Source: an uncultured Alphaproteobacteria bacterium
GTDB taxonomy: Bacteria; Pseudomonadota; Alphaproteobacteria; HIMB59; GCA-002718135
Assembly: GCA_902620425.1 (NCBI GenBank)
Contig: CACNHX010000002.1
Location: 4,804 to 68,803, forward strand
Direction of reading: 5' to 3'
Length of the DNA stretch: 64,000 bases
This document shows, piece by piece, positions 1 through 9,424 of this stretch. A program made the position numbers and the translations under genes. Below the pieces are notes generated by a model, which saw only the letters and a program-made list of their open reading frames with translations, was not told the origin of the DNA and ran no database searches. The number at the start of each line of letters is the position of its first letter. Within the stretch, counting starts at the first letter, position 1.

Positions 1-8
1 AAAATTTA

Positions 9-1136
9 ATGGCCATTAACGAAAGTCTTGGTTTAGAGGAAGGAGGAATTGAAGAGCAATTACTTGCAATTAAAAATAAAAATGAAAAGCTTCTAAACTT
101 AAATGATGAATTAGAAAAGACTAACATTGAACTATCATTAAGAGATGAAGAACTACAAAGTCAAATATCTCAATATCAAGAACTTATGAATGATCTTTTA
201 GAGATTAATGATAGTCTAGGCTTAAAAGATGCATCTCTTAATGAACAACTTGATGCAATTAGGTTTAAAAATGAAGAATTAGCAAGATTAAATAAAGATT
301 TAATTCAGAAAGATAGCACAATTTTTAATTTGCGAGGAAAAATATCTGAACTAAATAATGTTCTTTCTTTGTCAGAAGATAAACAAAAAAAACAACTAGA
401 AAAACTTGAGTTACTTCAAAGTCAAATTGTTTCATTAGAACAAGAAAATCAAACACAAAAAGAAACATCACTTGAAGAAATTAAAAATATGGAAATACAA
501 GCTTCAAAAACATTAGAACAGGTAGAAATTCTTTCTAATCAAATTGATACCTTGCAAAAAGAAATAGCTTTACTTAATGATGCTTTAGAAGCTAGTGAAA
601 GCCAGGCTTTGATTAAAGATTTAGAAATAGAGGTGCTAGGTGAAAAGTTAAACAAAGCCCTTACATCCAAAGTATTTGAGCTCCAAAAATATAGATCTGA
701 GTTTTTCGGAAAATTACAATCTATTTTAGGTGATAGAAAAGACATTAAAATTGTAGGAGATAGATTTATTTTTGAATCAGAGCTATTATTTGATTCTGCT
801 TCAGCAGACTTACAACTATCTGGCAAAGAAAAGTTAAGTGAAATTGGCCTTACTTTAAAAGAGACTACTAATGATATTCCTTCAGATATTGACTGGATAA
901 TCATGGTAGAAGGACACACTGACAAAAAACCCATACAAACAATTAGATATCCTTCTAACTGGGAATTATCTTCAGCTAGAGCTAATACAGTTTTAAAACT
1001 TCTTCTTGATCTTGGTTTTCCACCAAATAGATTAGCATCTGCAGGATATGGAGAGTTTTATCCTATCAGTAATGGAGAAACTGAGAGTGATCTACAACAG
1101 AATAGAAGGATTGAATTAAAACTCACTTCACGCTAA
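9..1136 (+). CDS. OmpA/MotB-family peptidoglycan-binding protein with long coiled coil (probably 5'-truncated by the window edge)
   Basis: C-terminal OmpA-like motifs VEGHTD, NWELSSARA, GYGEFYP, NRRIELKL, preceded by YRSEFFG..GDRF. Heptad-rich N-terminus. The frame is open back to the window start. Confidence 0.85.
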   Translation: MAINESLGLEEGGIEEQLLAIKNKNEKLLNLNDELEKTNIELSLRDEELQSQISQYQELMNDLLEINDSLGLKDASLNEQLDAIRFKNEELARLNKDLIQKDSTIFNLRGKISELNNVLSLSEDKQKKQLEKLELLQSQIVSLEQENQTQKETSLEEIKNMEIQASKTLEQVEILSNQIDTLQKEIALLNDALEASESQALIKDLEIEVLGEKLNKALTSKVFELQKYRSEFFGKLQSILGDRKDIKIVGDRFIFESELLFDSASADLQLSGKEKLSEIGLTLKETTNDIPSDIDWIIMVEGHTDKKPIQTIRYPSNWELSSARANTVLKLLLDLGFPPNRLASAGYGEFYPISNGETESDLQQNRRIELKLTSR

Positions 1137-1177
1137 TTTGCCTTAAATTTAACATAAACTGGTCATAAAAATTAAAT

Positions 1178-1681
1178 ATGAGATTTTTAATTTTTTTTGT
1201 TCTAAGTTTCTTTAGCTCATATTCTGTATTTGCTGCATGCAGTGATCAACCAGCAAATGAGGTGGATTGGACTAATTGTAATTTTGTAGAAAATCTTGAT
1301 CTTTCTGGTACTGGTTTGGCAAATTCTCAAATGTCAGGAGTTAATTTATCTTTATCTAATTTTGAAAAATCTCAACTTAATAATTCAAATTTATCTATTG
1401 GTAATTTTATCTTCTCAAATTTCAGTAATTCAAATTTATATGCTTCAAATTTACAGGGAGCTAATTGTAATAATGCTAACTTTGATAATGCAAACCTTGC
1501 AAAAGTAAACTTTGAGGGATCTAATCTCTTTGGAGCGACTTTTAAAGGTGCAAATTTATATGAGGCAAATCTACTCGGAGCTAATATTTCAGGTGCAATT
1601 TTTGATGAAGCAAATTTGTCAAATGCTATATGGATAGATGGAAAAAAATGTGCTCTTGGTTCTATAGGCAGTTGCCAATAA
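1178..1681 (+). CDS. Secreted pentapeptide-repeat protein
   Basis: Signal peptide (..SVFA/A), tandem A(N/D)Lxx pentapeptides, Cys pairs at both ends (ACSD..NCNF; KKCALGSIGSC). Confidence 0.9.
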   Translation: MRFLIFFVLSFFSSYSVFAACSDQPANEVDWTNCNFVENLDLSGTGLANSQMSGVNLSLSNFEKSQLNNSNLSIGNFIFSNFSNSNLYASNLQGANCNNANFDNANLAKVNFEGSNLFGATFKGANLYEANLLGANISGAIFDEANLSNAIWIDGKKCALGSIGSCQ

Positions 1682-1809
1682 TTTTTTTATTTCTTCTTAT
1701 TGCCGGTTGCAAAATGTCAGACGTATCTGAAATACAAAAAAATGATGATAATAAAGTTAATTTTAAGATCTCAGGAAGTAAAGAAATTGGTATTCAAATA
1801 AATAACTAA
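1648..1809 (+). CDS. Small putative lipoprotein (53 aa), not in the ORF track
   Basis: Manual translation MCSWFYRQLPIIFLFLLIAGCKMSDVSEIQKNDDNKVNFKISGSKEIGIQINN*. Hydrophobic stretch plus lipobox LIAG-C. Fills the gap between neighbouring genes. Alternative TTG start at 1672. Confidence 0.6.
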   Translation: MCSWFYRQLPIIFLFLLIAGCKMSDVSEIQKNDDNKVNFKISGSKEIGIQINN

Positions 1810-1855
1810 ATTATTAATTTACTTTTACCAAATTTAATGATTTGACCTTTAAACA

Positions 1856-2758
1856 ATGAGTAAAAATTCTTATCTATATGCCTTTAGTTTAGTTTTTCTT
1901 GCTGGAATTTTTTGGAGTTTTGGAGCATTGACTGTTAGGTATATGATGGATGGTCATCAATATGTTTTTCAATATTTATTTTATAGAGGTTTAACTATTT
2001 CAATTATACTTCTTATATATTTATTTTTTCGGGAGGGATTTGCTTTTTATAAAAATTTTCTCAAAATAGGAATACCATCTATACTTGGAGGTTTATTTCT
2101 AGCAACAGCTTTTACTGGGTTCATTTTTTCTATTACTATGACTACGGCTGCCGTAACATTATTTATGTTAGCAGCAATGCCTTTTATTGCAGCCATTGTT
2201 GGTTATTTTGTTCTTGGCGAAATACTAAAAAGATCAACATTAATTGCCATGGTTGTAGCATTTATAGGTGTGTGCGTAATGATTATAAATGACAGTATTT
2301 CTGGAACTGCTTTAGGTGCAATAATAGGATTTATTTCTGCAACTGGTTTTGCACTATACACGGTAACAATAAGATGGAAACCTGAAACACCAAAATTCAC
2401 AACAGTTGTTTTAGCGGGACTATTTTGTACAATATTTGCGTTCTTTATTTTAGGCTTCTCTTTTGAACCTTTTATTCTGATGCCTGAAATAAATAGTTAT
2501 TTGAGTATACTTCATGGAATAATTGTTGCAGCCGGCTTAATACTTTACAGTCTTGGAGCAAAATACTTACCCTCAGCTGAGCTAGCACTTTTATCTTTAA
2601 TGGAAGTTGTTGGAGGAGTTCTGTGGGTTTGGCTTCCTATTTTTGGAATTAATGAAGTACCAAGTACAACTGTAATAATTGGAGGTTTTATAATAACTTT
2701 AGCTGTAGTTTATTATGGTTTTGCTGCTAGGCAGATTGATGTTAATATTAAAACTTAA
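1856..2758 (+). CDS. DMT/EamA-family transporter
   Basis: 300 aa with about 10 TM segments in two EamA-like halves (LGE, EVP motifs). Confidence 0.85.
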   Translation: MSKNSYLYAFSLVFLAGIFWSFGALTVRYMMDGHQYVFQYLFYRGLTISIILLIYLFFREGFAFYKNFLKIGIPSILGGLFLATAFTGFIFSITMTTAAVTLFMLAAMPFIAAIVGYFVLGEILKRSTLIAMVVAFIGVCVMIINDSISGTALGAIIGFISATGFALYTVTIRWKPETPKFTTVVLAGLFCTIFAFFILGFSFEPFILMPEINSYLSILHGIIVAAGLILYSLGAKYLPSAELALLSLMEVVGGVLWVWLPIFGINEVPSTTVIIGGFIITLAVVYYGFAARQIDVNIKT

Positions 2759-3990
2759 ATATTTGCTGTAACTTTATTAATATTTTTTCTTGGTAAATTG
2801 TTTTTAGACCAAACAGAATCAAGAGCCTTAATCATTTTTTCAATATGTTCTTTTCTGTGTTTTGGGGTAACAGTTATTCTCAATCTTTCTAAACCTTTTG
2901 GTACAGTCGGGTAAAAAATTGGTTGTGCATAAATACCATGATCGTCAATTAAATCTTTAGACACTTTTTTGCATAAAAAAGGATCATTAATTAATACTGC
3001 TACAATATGAGAATTTGTATCCAAATAAGGGATTGCTAAGGAATCTAAATTTTCTCTTATTAAAGCTGCATTTTCTTTTATTCTTATTCTTAGTTGTTCT
3101 GCCAGAGAAACAATATCTATTGCTTTAGCTGCTCCTGCAGCAATTGATGGGCAGATTGAAGTTGTAAAAATAAAACCTGGAGCAAAACTTCTAATGTAAT
3201 CAATTATTTCTGAACTAGCTGCAATATAACCTCCCATTTGACCATATGCTTTTGCTAAAGTTCCATTAATAATATCAATTTTATCTTCAACTCCCATTTC
3301 TACTGCAATACCTTTACCTTCTTCACCGTAAAGTCCAACTGAATGAACTTCATCAAGATATGTCATACAGTTATATTTTTTTGCTAACTCTACTATTTTT
3401 ACTATAGGCGATCTTATACCTTCCATAGAGTATAAACTTTCAAAAACGATTAACTTAGGATTATCTACATTTGACTCTTTTAGTAACTGTTCTAAGTGAT
3501 CAATGTCATTGTGTTTAAATATATGACACTTAGCTCCACTATTCTTAATACCTTGTATTAAAGATGCGTGATTTAATTCATCAGAAAATATCTCAATATC
3601 TTTAATTTTTTTTCCTAAAGTCCATAAAGTAGATTGGTTTGCTGTATAAGCAGAAGCAAAAACTAATGCCGCCTCTTTATTATGAACATTTGCTAGTTTT
3701 TTTTCAAGTTCAGTATGGTAGGTTGATGTACCAGAAATATTTCTTGTTCCACCTGAACCAGATCCATATTCAAGTAGTGTTTTTACAATTTCATTTACGA
3801 CTTCTGGGTGTTGACTCATATTAAGATAGTCATTAGAGCACCAAACCTCAACTTCTCTTTCTTTGCTTTTAAAACTTTCATCCGCGTTTGGAAAACTTTT
3901 TATAGGTCTGTCTATGTTTCTAAAGTCCCTATAAAGACCTTGTTCTTTAAGATTTTTTAATTCAGATTTAAAGAAATTTTTATATTGCAT
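2755..3990 (-). CDS. hemA: 5-aminolevulinate synthase (C4/Shemin pathway)
   Basis: [36 protein letters not shown] lysine motif GTLAKAYG. Confidence 0.95.
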   Translation of the reverse strand: MQYKNFFKSELKNLKEQGLYRDFRNIDRPIKSFPNADESFKSKEREVEVWCSNDYLNMSQHPEVVNEIVKTLLEYGSGSGGTRNISGTSTYHTELEKKLANVHNKEAALVFASAYTANQSTLWTLGKKIKDIEIFSDELNHASLIQGIKNSGAKCHIFKHNDIDHLEQLLKESNVDNPKLIVFESLYSMEGIRSPIVKIVELAKKYNCMTYLDEVHSVGLYGEEGKGIAVEMGVEDKIDIINGTLAKAYGQMGGYIAASSEIIDYIRSFAPGFIFTTSICPSIAAGAAKAIDIVSLAEQLRIRIKENAALIRENLDSLAIPYLDTNSHIVAVLINDPFLCKKVSKDLIDDHGIYAQPIFYPTVPKGLERLRITVTPKHRKEHIEKMIKALDSVWSKNNLPRKNINKVTANI

Positions 3991-4045
3991 TTTTATTAGA
4001 TATCTTAGACATTGTTTAATTGTAAGTGTTTAATTGAATGAATTG

Positions 4046-4609
4046 TCACACCTTATTTCTACTAAAAGACATTCTCTTCCAAACACCATATTTATCTTTA
4101 ATTATGAATCGATGATACAACGCTGCTGCAATATGAAGTGAAAAAAGAGCAGTTAATATAAGTGCTGAGTAGTAGTGTATAGCTAGAGCTTGCGGGTATA
4201 GAAAAAAGTTCTCTTCGATAAAAGGTGGTATTTTAATTAATCCCAAGAGATGAACATCCTCTCCTCCAAGCCATGTCATAAATGTACCTTGAATAGGAAT
4301 AAGAATAACTAAACCATAAAGAACAAAATGGACTAAATTCGAAACCAATTTATGAAATAAAGGTATATTTTCATATTTGGGATGAGTGTTAAATATGTAT
4401 TTCCACATTAATCTAAGCACAACTAAACTAAAAACTACGGTGCCAAAAAATTTATGAGTAATAATAAAACCCATTTTAAGAGGAGAAAATTCCATATTAT
4501 GAAGGCTAATCCCTGTTGCAACTTGCCAAAAAAGAAGAAGTGCCAATGACCAATGAAAAAGTTTTGCAACCAAGCCCCACGAAGATTTTGTACCTTTAAA
4601 TTCAACCAT
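4046..4609 (-). CDS. Cytochrome b561 (CybB/YceJ-like di-heme membrane cytochrome)
   Basis: Four TM helices with heme-ligand His motifs LFHW, THKFFG, IHYY, LHIAAALYH; ends WKRM. ATG at 4609 chosen as start. Confidence 0.85.
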   Translation of the reverse strand: MVEFKGTKSSWGLVAKLFHWSLALLLFWQVATGISLHNMEFSPLKMGFIITHKFFGTVVFSLVVLRLMWKYIFNTHPKYENIPLFHKLVSNLVHFVLYGLVILIPIQGTFMTWLGGEDVHLLGLIKIPPFIEENFFLYPQALAIHYYSALILTALFSLHIAAALYHRFIIKDKYGVWKRMSFSRNKV

Positions 4610-4651
4610 TACCAATTTTACAATATAGTGTTATTTATAGAAATATAAGTA

Positions 4652-6160
4652 ATGAAAATAAGAATTTTATCTAGAAAAAGTGACTTGGCAATAATTCAAG
4701 CACGTGAATTTTCTGATTATTTGCAATCAAAACATCCTTTTGTAGAAATAGAATTTTTAACAAGAAGTACTTCAGGAGATAAAGATCTAAAGACACCTCT
4801 TTCTGAAATGCCAACAGAAGGTGTTTTTACCAATGATTTAAGAGATGAATTAATAAATAATAAATGTGATTTAATTGTCCATTCTTGGAAGGATCTTCCA
4901 ATTGAAGTTGGTGAAAAAACTAAAATTGCTGCTACATTAAAACGTGCTGATAAACGAGATATATTATTCTTAAAAAAAAACATAACATTAGATAGTAAGA
5001 AAATTACTATTCTTTGCTCATCACCTCGTAGACAATATAATTTAGAAAATTTTATTGAAAATTATCTTCCACAAAAGTTTGATGAAGTTTGCTTTGAAAA
5101 TATAAGAGGTAACATACCCACAAGATTTAAAAAATTTTTGGAAGATCCTAATAGTGATGGTTTTATTGTTGCTAAGGCAGCAATTGATAGATTACTTTTA
5201 AATAATTATTCTGAATTTAATGAATTAAAAATAACTCTAAAAAAATATATTAATGAATGTCTATGGTCTGTTTTACCATTGTCTATAAACCCTTGTTCTC
5301 CTGGACAAGGAGCTCTAGCGATTGAAACAAGAATTAAAGATAATAAACTTAACGAAATTTTAAATGATATTAATTATTCCAAAGATTATTCAAATGTTAT
5401 TCAAGAAAGAAATATTTTAAAAAATTATGGAGGAGGATGTCACCAAAAAATAGGAGTATCTTATATCTCACATAAATTAGGATTAGTTGTATCTAAAAGG
5501 GGTGAAGATGAAAATGGCAATCATTTTGAGAGCTGGGATTTTATTGATTCAAAAGATATAAGTTTTTCTAGTAATACAACTGATGAAATTTATCCTGAAA
5601 ATTTGAAAAATTATAAAATTTTTTCCAGAAAACAATTAAATGAAAATGTCGATGATATAAATAATTTACAAAATAAATGCATTTATGTTTCACGAATTAG
5701 CTCAATCCCAGATAAGTCAAAAATCCAATCAAATAATGTTATTTGGACTAGTGGTTTAAGAACATGGAAAAATTTATCTGAAAGAGGTATTTGGGTGAAT
5801 GGAACTTCAGATGGTTTGGGTGAGGATTTTGATAAAGATATTAATTCACTTACAAATAATTCTTGGGTTAAGTTAACTCATTCTCAATCTCCTGAAAGTT
5901 CGATAAAAAATAAAATTGAAACGTATCAATTGGAGTCTATTGATTTTGAAATAGATATAGAAAAGAAAAAGTACTTTTATTGGATGAGCAGTTCAGCTTT
6001 TAAGGCGAGTATTGATAAATATCCTAAAATTATAGAAAAATATCATTTTTGTGGCCCAGGAAATACATACAATGAGATTAGTAAAATATTAGGTAATGAT
6101 AAAAATCTTTTTGTTGAGCTATCTTATGATAGTTGGAAGAAAAAATTACTAAAAGCTTAA
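4652..6160 (+). CDS. hemC: Hydroxymethylbilane synthase with ~200-aa C-terminal extension (putative HemC-HemD fusion)
   Basis: SRKSDLA, GDKDL, HSWKDLP, SSPRR, IRGNIPTR, PGQGAL and cofactor Cys in GGGCHQK. At 502 aa it is far longer than a typical ~310-aa HemC. Confidence 0.9.
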   Translation: MKIRILSRKSDLAIIQAREFSDYLQSKHPFVEIEFLTRSTSGDKDLKTPLSEMPTEGVFTNDLRDELINNKCDLIVHSWKDLPIEVGEKTKIAATLKRADKRDILFLKKNITLDSKKITILCSSPRRQYNLENFIENYLPQKFDEVCFENIRGNIPTRFKKFLEDPNSDGFIVAKAAIDRLLLNNYSEFNELKITLKKYINECLWSVLPLSINPCSPGQGALAIETRIKDNKLNEILNDINYSKDYSNVIQERNILKNYGGGCHQKIGVSYISHKLGLVVSKRGEDENGNHFESWDFIDSKDISFSSNTTDEIYPENLKNYKIFSRKQLNENVDDINNLQNKCIYVSRISSIPDKSKIQSNNVIWTSGLRTWKNLSERGIWVNGTSDGLGEDFDKDINSLTNNSWVKLTHSQSPESSIKNKIETYQLESIDFEIDIEKKKYFYWMSSSAFKASIDKYPKIIEKYHFCGPGNTYNEISKILGNDKNLFVELSYDSWKKKLLKA

Positions 6161-6162
6161 AA

Positions 6163-7161
6163 ATGACAAATATTTTATTCGAAAATGCTCTCAAAAGAAA
6201 TATTCAAAAAACACCACCCATTTGGTTTATGAGACAGGCTGGAAGGTACCATTCGCATTATCGCAAGCTCAAAGAAAAATATACTTTTGAAGAACTATGT
6301 AAAACTCCGGATCTAGCCGCAGAAGTTGCTTTTGGTCCAATACAAGAGTTTGATTACGATATTGCAATTTTATTCAGTGATATTTTATTCATCTTAGAAG
6401 GACTTGGTTTAGAATTAAAGTTTGACCCAGGACCTAAATTTAATTCTCATATAAATTCAGAAAACATAAATGATTATAGTAATATTGATCGCGGTATTGG
6501 GCATATGCAATTTCAATTTGAAGCTATAAAAATAACAAAAGAGAAATTGCCAAATAATAAAAGTTTAATTGGATTTGTTGGCGGACCTTGGACATTATCA
6601 AAATATGCATTTGGAAATAATAACTCTGATTTAATCGACACAAAAATGAATTTAGAATTTATTTCAAAAATTCTCTTACCCCTTCTAAAGAAAAATATTC
6701 AATTACAATTAGATGCAGGTGTTGAACTTGTCATGATTTTTGATAGTTCCTTGTATGATTTAGATAAAATAAATTTTCATGAAATTTATTCCAAATTTTT
6801 GGAAGAGATTGCAATTTCTTTTCCAAATAAAGTTGGCTTTTATTCAAGAGGTAAAAGTTTAACAGATCTAAATTCTATCATCAGTTTTCCCTTTGCTGGT
6901 TTTGGCTATGATCACACAATAGATCTAATATCTATGTTTGAAAATCAAAAACATGGATTTATTCAGGGAAATTTCAATGAACAATTAATGTTGAGTGAAT
7001 CAGATACATTTCTAAATGATTTAAAAGATTTTATTGAAAAAATGAAATCAATTGAAAATCTTAATGGTTGGATTTGTGGCCTTGGACACGGAATTAACAA
7101 AAATACTCCAGAAAAAAATGTTCATTTATTTATAGAAAATATCAGAAAAGAATTTAGCTAA
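6163..7161 (+). CDS. hemE: Uroporphyrinogen decarboxylase
   Basis: PPIWFMRQAGRY, AILFSDIL, IGFVGGPWT, GLGHGI. ATG at 6163 follows the hemC stop. Confidence 0.95.
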   Translation: MTNILFENALKRNIQKTPPIWFMRQAGRYHSHYRKLKEKYTFEELCKTPDLAAEVAFGPIQEFDYDIAILFSDILFILEGLGLELKFDPGPKFNSHINSENINDYSNIDRGIGHMQFQFEAIKITKEKLPNNKSLIGFVGGPWTLSKYAFGNNNSDLIDTKMNLEFISKILLPLLKKNIQLQLDAGVELVMIFDSSLYDLDKINFHEIYSKFLEEIAISFPNKVGFYSRGKSLTDLNSIISFPFAGFGYDHTIDLISMFENQKHGFIQGNFNEQLMLSESDTFLNDLKDFIEKMKSIENLNGWICGLGHGINKNTPEKNVHLFIENIRKEFS

Positions 7162-7166
7162 TAGAT

Positions 7167-8192
7167 ATGGTTAAATATATAGGTGAAAAAGATTATGAGC
7201 ACGGTAGTAAAGAAAAAATTGGTGTTTTAATAACTAACCTAGGCACTCCAGATGCTCCAAATAAAAAAGAACTAAAAGTTTATCTTAATCAATTTTTATC
7301 AGATCCTAGAGTAATCGAATTACCTAAAATCTTATGGCAAATTATATTGAAGCTAGTAATTTTACAAATAAGACCATCAAAGTCAGCAGAAGCATACAAA
7401 CAAATTTGGACTGATAAGGGTTCTCCACTTTTAGATATCGCAAACAGACAACTAAATAAAATCCAATCATCTTTTTCTTTGAAAAATGAAAATATAGTTT
7501 TTGAAGTTGGGATGCGCTATGGCAATCCATCTATTCCAGATGCTTTGTTAAAACTTCAAAAAAAACAAGTAAGAAGATTATTAGTTCTACCTATGTATCC
7601 GCAATATTGTGCTGCAACAACAGGTAGTACATTTGATGAAGTAACAAATGTATTGCAAAAATGGCGTTGGATACCTGAAATGCGTTTTATCAATCAGTAC
7701 TTTGAAGAAAAAAATTATATTGAAGCATTGTCAAATTCAATAAAGTCATTTTGGAAAAAAACTTCAAAACCACAAAAAATTATTTTTAGTTATCATGGTA
7801 TACCAAAACGGTATTTGACTAATGGTGATCCGTATCATTGCTTTTGTCTTAAAACCACAAGACTTGTTAAAGAACATATGGGATTATCCGATGATGAGAT
7901 AATGACTACTTTCCAAAGTAGATTTGGAAGAGAGGAATGGTTAAAGCCATATACAAGTGAAACATTAAAAGAATTACCAAAACAAGGGATTAAAAATATA
8001 CATATAATATCTCCTGGTTTCAGTAGTGATTGTCTTGAAACACTTGAAGAACTTGAAGAAGAAAATAAAGAATATTTTATTGAGTCAGGTGGAGAAAATT
8101 ATCATTATATACCTTGCTTGAATGATCACGATGATCACATAGACGTTTTTGTAAATCTGATAAAAAAACATACTCAAGGTTGGCCATTATGA
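7167..8192 (+). CDS. hemH: Ferrochelatase
   Basis: NLGTP, FLSDPRV, MRYGNP, LPMYPQY, SYHGIP, FQSRFG, DCLETLEE. Confidence 0.95.
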   Translation: MVKYIGEKDYEHGSKEKIGVLITNLGTPDAPNKKELKVYLNQFLSDPRVIELPKILWQIILKLVILQIRPSKSAEAYKQIWTDKGSPLLDIANRQLNKIQSSFSLKNENIVFEVGMRYGNPSIPDALLKLQKKQVRRLLVLPMYPQYCAATTGSTFDEVTNVLQKWRWIPEMRFINQYFEEKNYIEALSNSIKSFWKKTSKPQKIIFSYHGIPKRYLTNGDPYHCFCLKTTRLVKEHMGLSDDEIMTTFQSRFGREEWLKPYTSETLKELPKQGIKNIHIISPGFSSDCLETLEELEEENKEYFIESGGENYHYIPCLNDHDDHIDVFVNLIKKHTQGWPL

Positions 8193-8998
8193 TTGCTGAT
8201 CCCAAATTTAATACTGCAAAAGAATGGTTTGAAAAATTACGAGATAACTTAGTTGAAACTATTCAAAACATTGATGAAAATCAATTTAAAATAAGTAACT
8301 GGAATCACAAAGGTGATGGTGGCGGTAAAATGAGTAAAATTAAGGGTAATATTATTGAAAAAGGTGGAGTAAATATTTCTACCGTCTCTGGGACATTTAA
8401 CGAAAATATGAGAGATGCTATTCCAGGTGCTAAAGAAGATCCAAATTATAATGCAACCGGCATCAGTGTTGTATTACATCCTGTTTCACCTAAAATTCCT
8501 TCTATGCATTTTAATACAAGATTTATTAAAACCACTCAGGAATGGTTTGGTGGAGGCATGGATATTACACCTTGTGTAATATTTGAGGATGAGAAAAAAT
8601 ATCATCGTGGTTTAGAAGTTTTGTGTAATAAGTATGATAAATCATATTATCCTAAATTTAAAAAATGGTGTGATGACTATTTTTTTCTTAAACATAGAAA
8701 CGAACCAAGAGGTGTTGGAGGAATATTTTTTGATTACCTTCAAACTGGCGATTGGGGAAAAGATTTTGAATTTGTCCAAGGCGTAGGTACTTATTTCCAT
8801 CAGTTTATCAAAAATACTTTAATTGCACTTAAGGATGAGGAGTGGAATGAAGAGGAAAAAAAGATACAATTAGTTAAGCGTAGTCGCTATGCTGAATTTA
8901 ACTTATTATATGATAGAGGTACAAAATTTGGTCTAGAGACTGGGGGGAATGTTGATGCTATATTAATGTCAATGCCTCCTCACGCGGTATGGGAATAA
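8189..8998 (+). CDS. hemF: Oxygen-dependent coproporphyrinogen III oxidase
   Basis: EKGGVN, HFNTR, WFGGGMD, WCDDYF, RGVGGIFFD, YAEFNLLYDRGTKFGL. ATGA overlap with the hemH stop. Confidence 0.95.
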   Translation: MIADPKFNTAKEWFEKLRDNLVETIQNIDENQFKISNWNHKGDGGGKMSKIKGNIIEKGGVNISTVSGTFNENMRDAIPGAKEDPNYNATGISVVLHPVSPKIPSMHFNTRFIKTTQEWFGGGMDITPCVIFEDEKKYHRGLEVLCNKYDKSYYPKFKKWCDDYFFLKHRNEPRGVGGIFFDYLQTGDWGKDFEFVQGVGTYFHQFIKNTLIALKDEEWNEEEKKIQLVKRSRYAEFNLLYDRGTKFGLETGGNVDAILMSMPPHAVWE

Positions 8999-9001
8999 AT
9001 A

Positions 9002-9421
9002 ATGTTATTTAATACTCTGAAAGTTATTCATATTTTTAGTATCATAGCTTGGATGGCCGGACTTTTATATCTGCCACGTTTGTTTGTAAATCATGCTAAT
9101 CCTGAAATTACAAAAGAAACCTCAGAAACATTCAAACTAATGGAAGGAAAATTGTACAGAATAATTATGTTTCCAGCTTTTATAGTGACGTGGATATCAG
9201 GTTTTACACTTACACATTATGTAGGTATTGATACTTGGTTGCTTTTAAAAATTTTATTTGTAATTTTATTATCTGGCTATCATTTTTTTTGTTTAAAATG
9301 TCTTAATGATTTTAAAAATGATAAAAATAAATACTCCACTAAGTTTTTTAGAATTACAAATGAAGCGCCAGCAGTAATATTGATTTTTATACTTATACTT
9401 GTTGTATTTCAGCCTTTTTAA
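9002..9421 (+). CDS. hemJ: Protoporphyrinogen IX oxidase HemJ
   Basis: HIFSIIAWMAGLLYLPRLFVNH, ME.KLY..IM.PA, FR..NE.P; located in the hem operon. Confidence 0.92.
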   Translation: MLFNTLKVIHIFSIIAWMAGLLYLPRLFVNHANPEITKETSETFKLMEGKLYRIIMFPAFIVTWISGFTLTHYVGIDTWLLLKILFVILLSGYHFFCLKCLNDFKNDKNKYSTKFFRITNEAPAVILIFILILVVFQPF

Positions 9422-9424
9422 TTA

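Noticed and set aside
9-1136. Flagellar MotB or Zorya ZorB anti-phage component
   Set aside because: No flagellar or defence genes nearby. The long coiled coil plus YRSEFF..GDRF motif fits the conserved alphaproteobacterial PG-binding family better.
1178-1681. Qnr/MfpA-like quinolone-resistance pentapeptide protein
   Set aside because: It has a signal peptide and Cys caps, so it is exported and cannot be a cytoplasmic gyrase protector
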